A stretch of 64,000 bases of DNA from the NCBI GenBank assembly GCA_051294905.1, contig CM119378.1:15314001-15378000 (forward strand), written 5' to 3'. The DNA comes from Botryllus schlosseri. Taxonomy: Eukaryota. The notes under the pieces were generated by a model that was given only the letters and a program-made list of their open reading frames with translations, did no database searches and had not been told where the DNA came from. Below are positions 62,665 to 64,000 of the stretch, one piece after another; position 1 is the stretch's first letter, and each line of letters begins with the position of its first letter. A program made the translations under genes and the position numbers.

Positions 62665-63192
62665 AACCTACAATCTCCATAATGGTCGTTGCCCCGAATA
62701 TTTCAATGACTTCTTTACCTCTGAATCAAAAGCGCACAAGTACAACACACGCGCGTCAACGTCGTCCAAATATCATATGATCGACCGAAAAGATCATCGC
62801 TCTATCAAATATGCCGGACCTAATGTGTGGAACAGTATCCCGCCGGCCATCCGGCAGTCGACGAGCATGTGCACATTCAAGTCGAAATACAAGCAATTAC
62901 TACTAAATAAATACAGTCCATCCTCAAGATTACCGGACCACGACTGACCTATCGATCTCGCTTCCCATGACATGCCGCCCTATTTCTTGTCGCTTCCTTT
63001 TCCATACTATCTTCTTTACTTTCATTCAGTGTGCATGCCTCCTCTTTACATCGCCTAGGCCAAGGTGGGTGTCCGATTCCATAGACAACTCCTAGTCGCT
63101 TCGACATCTTCCTTTCATTTCATTGTATCGCATTTTTTGTGGTGTATTGAACTGATAAAATTGCTAATAAACCAATGATGATGATGATGATG
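62665..63192 (+). mobile_element. 5'-truncated LINE family E: ORF2 C-terminus, 3'UTR and (TGA)n tail
   Basis: PEYFNDFF...HKYNTR...SIKYAGPNVWNSIP..IR...FK..YK..LL parallels the C-terminus of the 46894 ORF2; stop at 62947; tail aataaaccaa(tga)n. Confidence 0.9.
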
Positions 63193-63746
63193 AGTACGCG
63201 GACGCATGTACTCCAAGATCATATAGAAGTGCCATTGCTGCAAAATCCAATTTTCATTTGCAGAGCCTCAGTGTAGTGGGTGCAGGGATTCTGCAGAGTG
63301 CAGACTGTTAATTGCGAAGTGGTAACTGTGTGCGTGTAAGTATCCGTCATATTATGTGCCAGAATATCCGTTCGTTCGGTCAGCCACCCACCGACTGAAG
63401 CGGCATACAAAATGTAATGCAGTATTTATCCTAACTATATAAGGATGGTATAGGAAGACTTGCAGCTAAAGTGCCTTACAAAACGGAGCTGTCTGAGTCA
63501 AAAATCATTTTTTACCTTACAGTCTGGCGTTGCCGTTGGTCTGTCATTCTGACCCACTGCGATTGATTTCGCAGTCACATTTCATTCCTGCATGGCAGCA
63601 GAATCTAGTACTGCAATATATCATTCGTATGTCATACCGTAGGCTATCGGGCTATGATATAGTTAAGGTCTAAGGTAAAAAAAATTTGTTTTAGAACTAC
63701 TATTTAGAGTTTGGGTTAGCAATCTGTAAGTTGCCAAGTTTAGACC

Positions 63747-63996
63747 ATGGACCCTGCTGAATGCCTGCTTGTTCTGGGAGATCAATCCAGGCCGTCCAAG
63801 ATTTCAAAGAAAGCCACACACGATTCATTAAAAAATGAATTTCAAAACCAATATCCGCATCAAATTCATGATGCAGTTCCAGTAGTGTTGCAGATCTGGG
63901 ACAATGATTGGAGTTATTGGGTAGACATACCGACCACTGATGATATTACATTGGTCTCTGGCAGCAAAGTAAGGATGATCCAGAGAAGTAATGTTG
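63747..63996 (+). CDS. Probable coding exon of an unidentified gene running off the window
   Basis: accATGg context; open for 83 codons (MDPAECLLVLGDQ...VVLQIWDNDWSYWVDIPTT...GSKVRMIQRSNV) to a g|gtaa at the window edge. Not in the supplied ORF track because it has no stop. Confidence 0.45.
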
Positions 63997-64000
63997 GTAA

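Overview
Animal (metazoan) genomic DNA with canonical GT-AG introns, the shortest 57-68 nt, and one 165-nt N gap. The compact introns and splice acceptors just 5' of start codons fit an invertebrate chordate such as an ascidian, but the taxon cannot be proven from this window. I reconstructed four host genes by hand with phase-consistent splicing: (1) a nicotinic-type Cys-loop receptor subunit (+, 11204-19762) that lacks the vicinal cysteines and has a loop C about 36 residues longer than normal, encoded by two small exons; (2) an orphan class A GPCR (+, 24764-27985, 487 aa) that has lost most activation microswitches; (3) a complete NPC1 (-, 45572-32685, 26 coding exons, about 1320 aa); (4) a CYP2-clan P450 (-, 60294-53565, 8 exons, 493 aa). 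The rest is dense with mobile DNA. There are at least six non-autonomous hAT families with 8-bp TSDs, often nested inside each other, and an intact two-ORF CR1/L2-group LINE inside two nested hAT elements just upstream of NPC1. There are also three tRNA-derived SINE families, one sharing its 3' stem-loop motif with that LINE, a 587-bp foldback element with a 45-bp miniature, and a 568-codon in-frame fusion of a LINE RT fragment to a Gypsy integrase followed by a PPT, one LTR and a LINE 3' tail. No rRNA, true tRNA or CRISPR array is supported. Family letters (A-N) are my own labels; coordinates were counted by eye and may be off by a few bases where stated as approximate.
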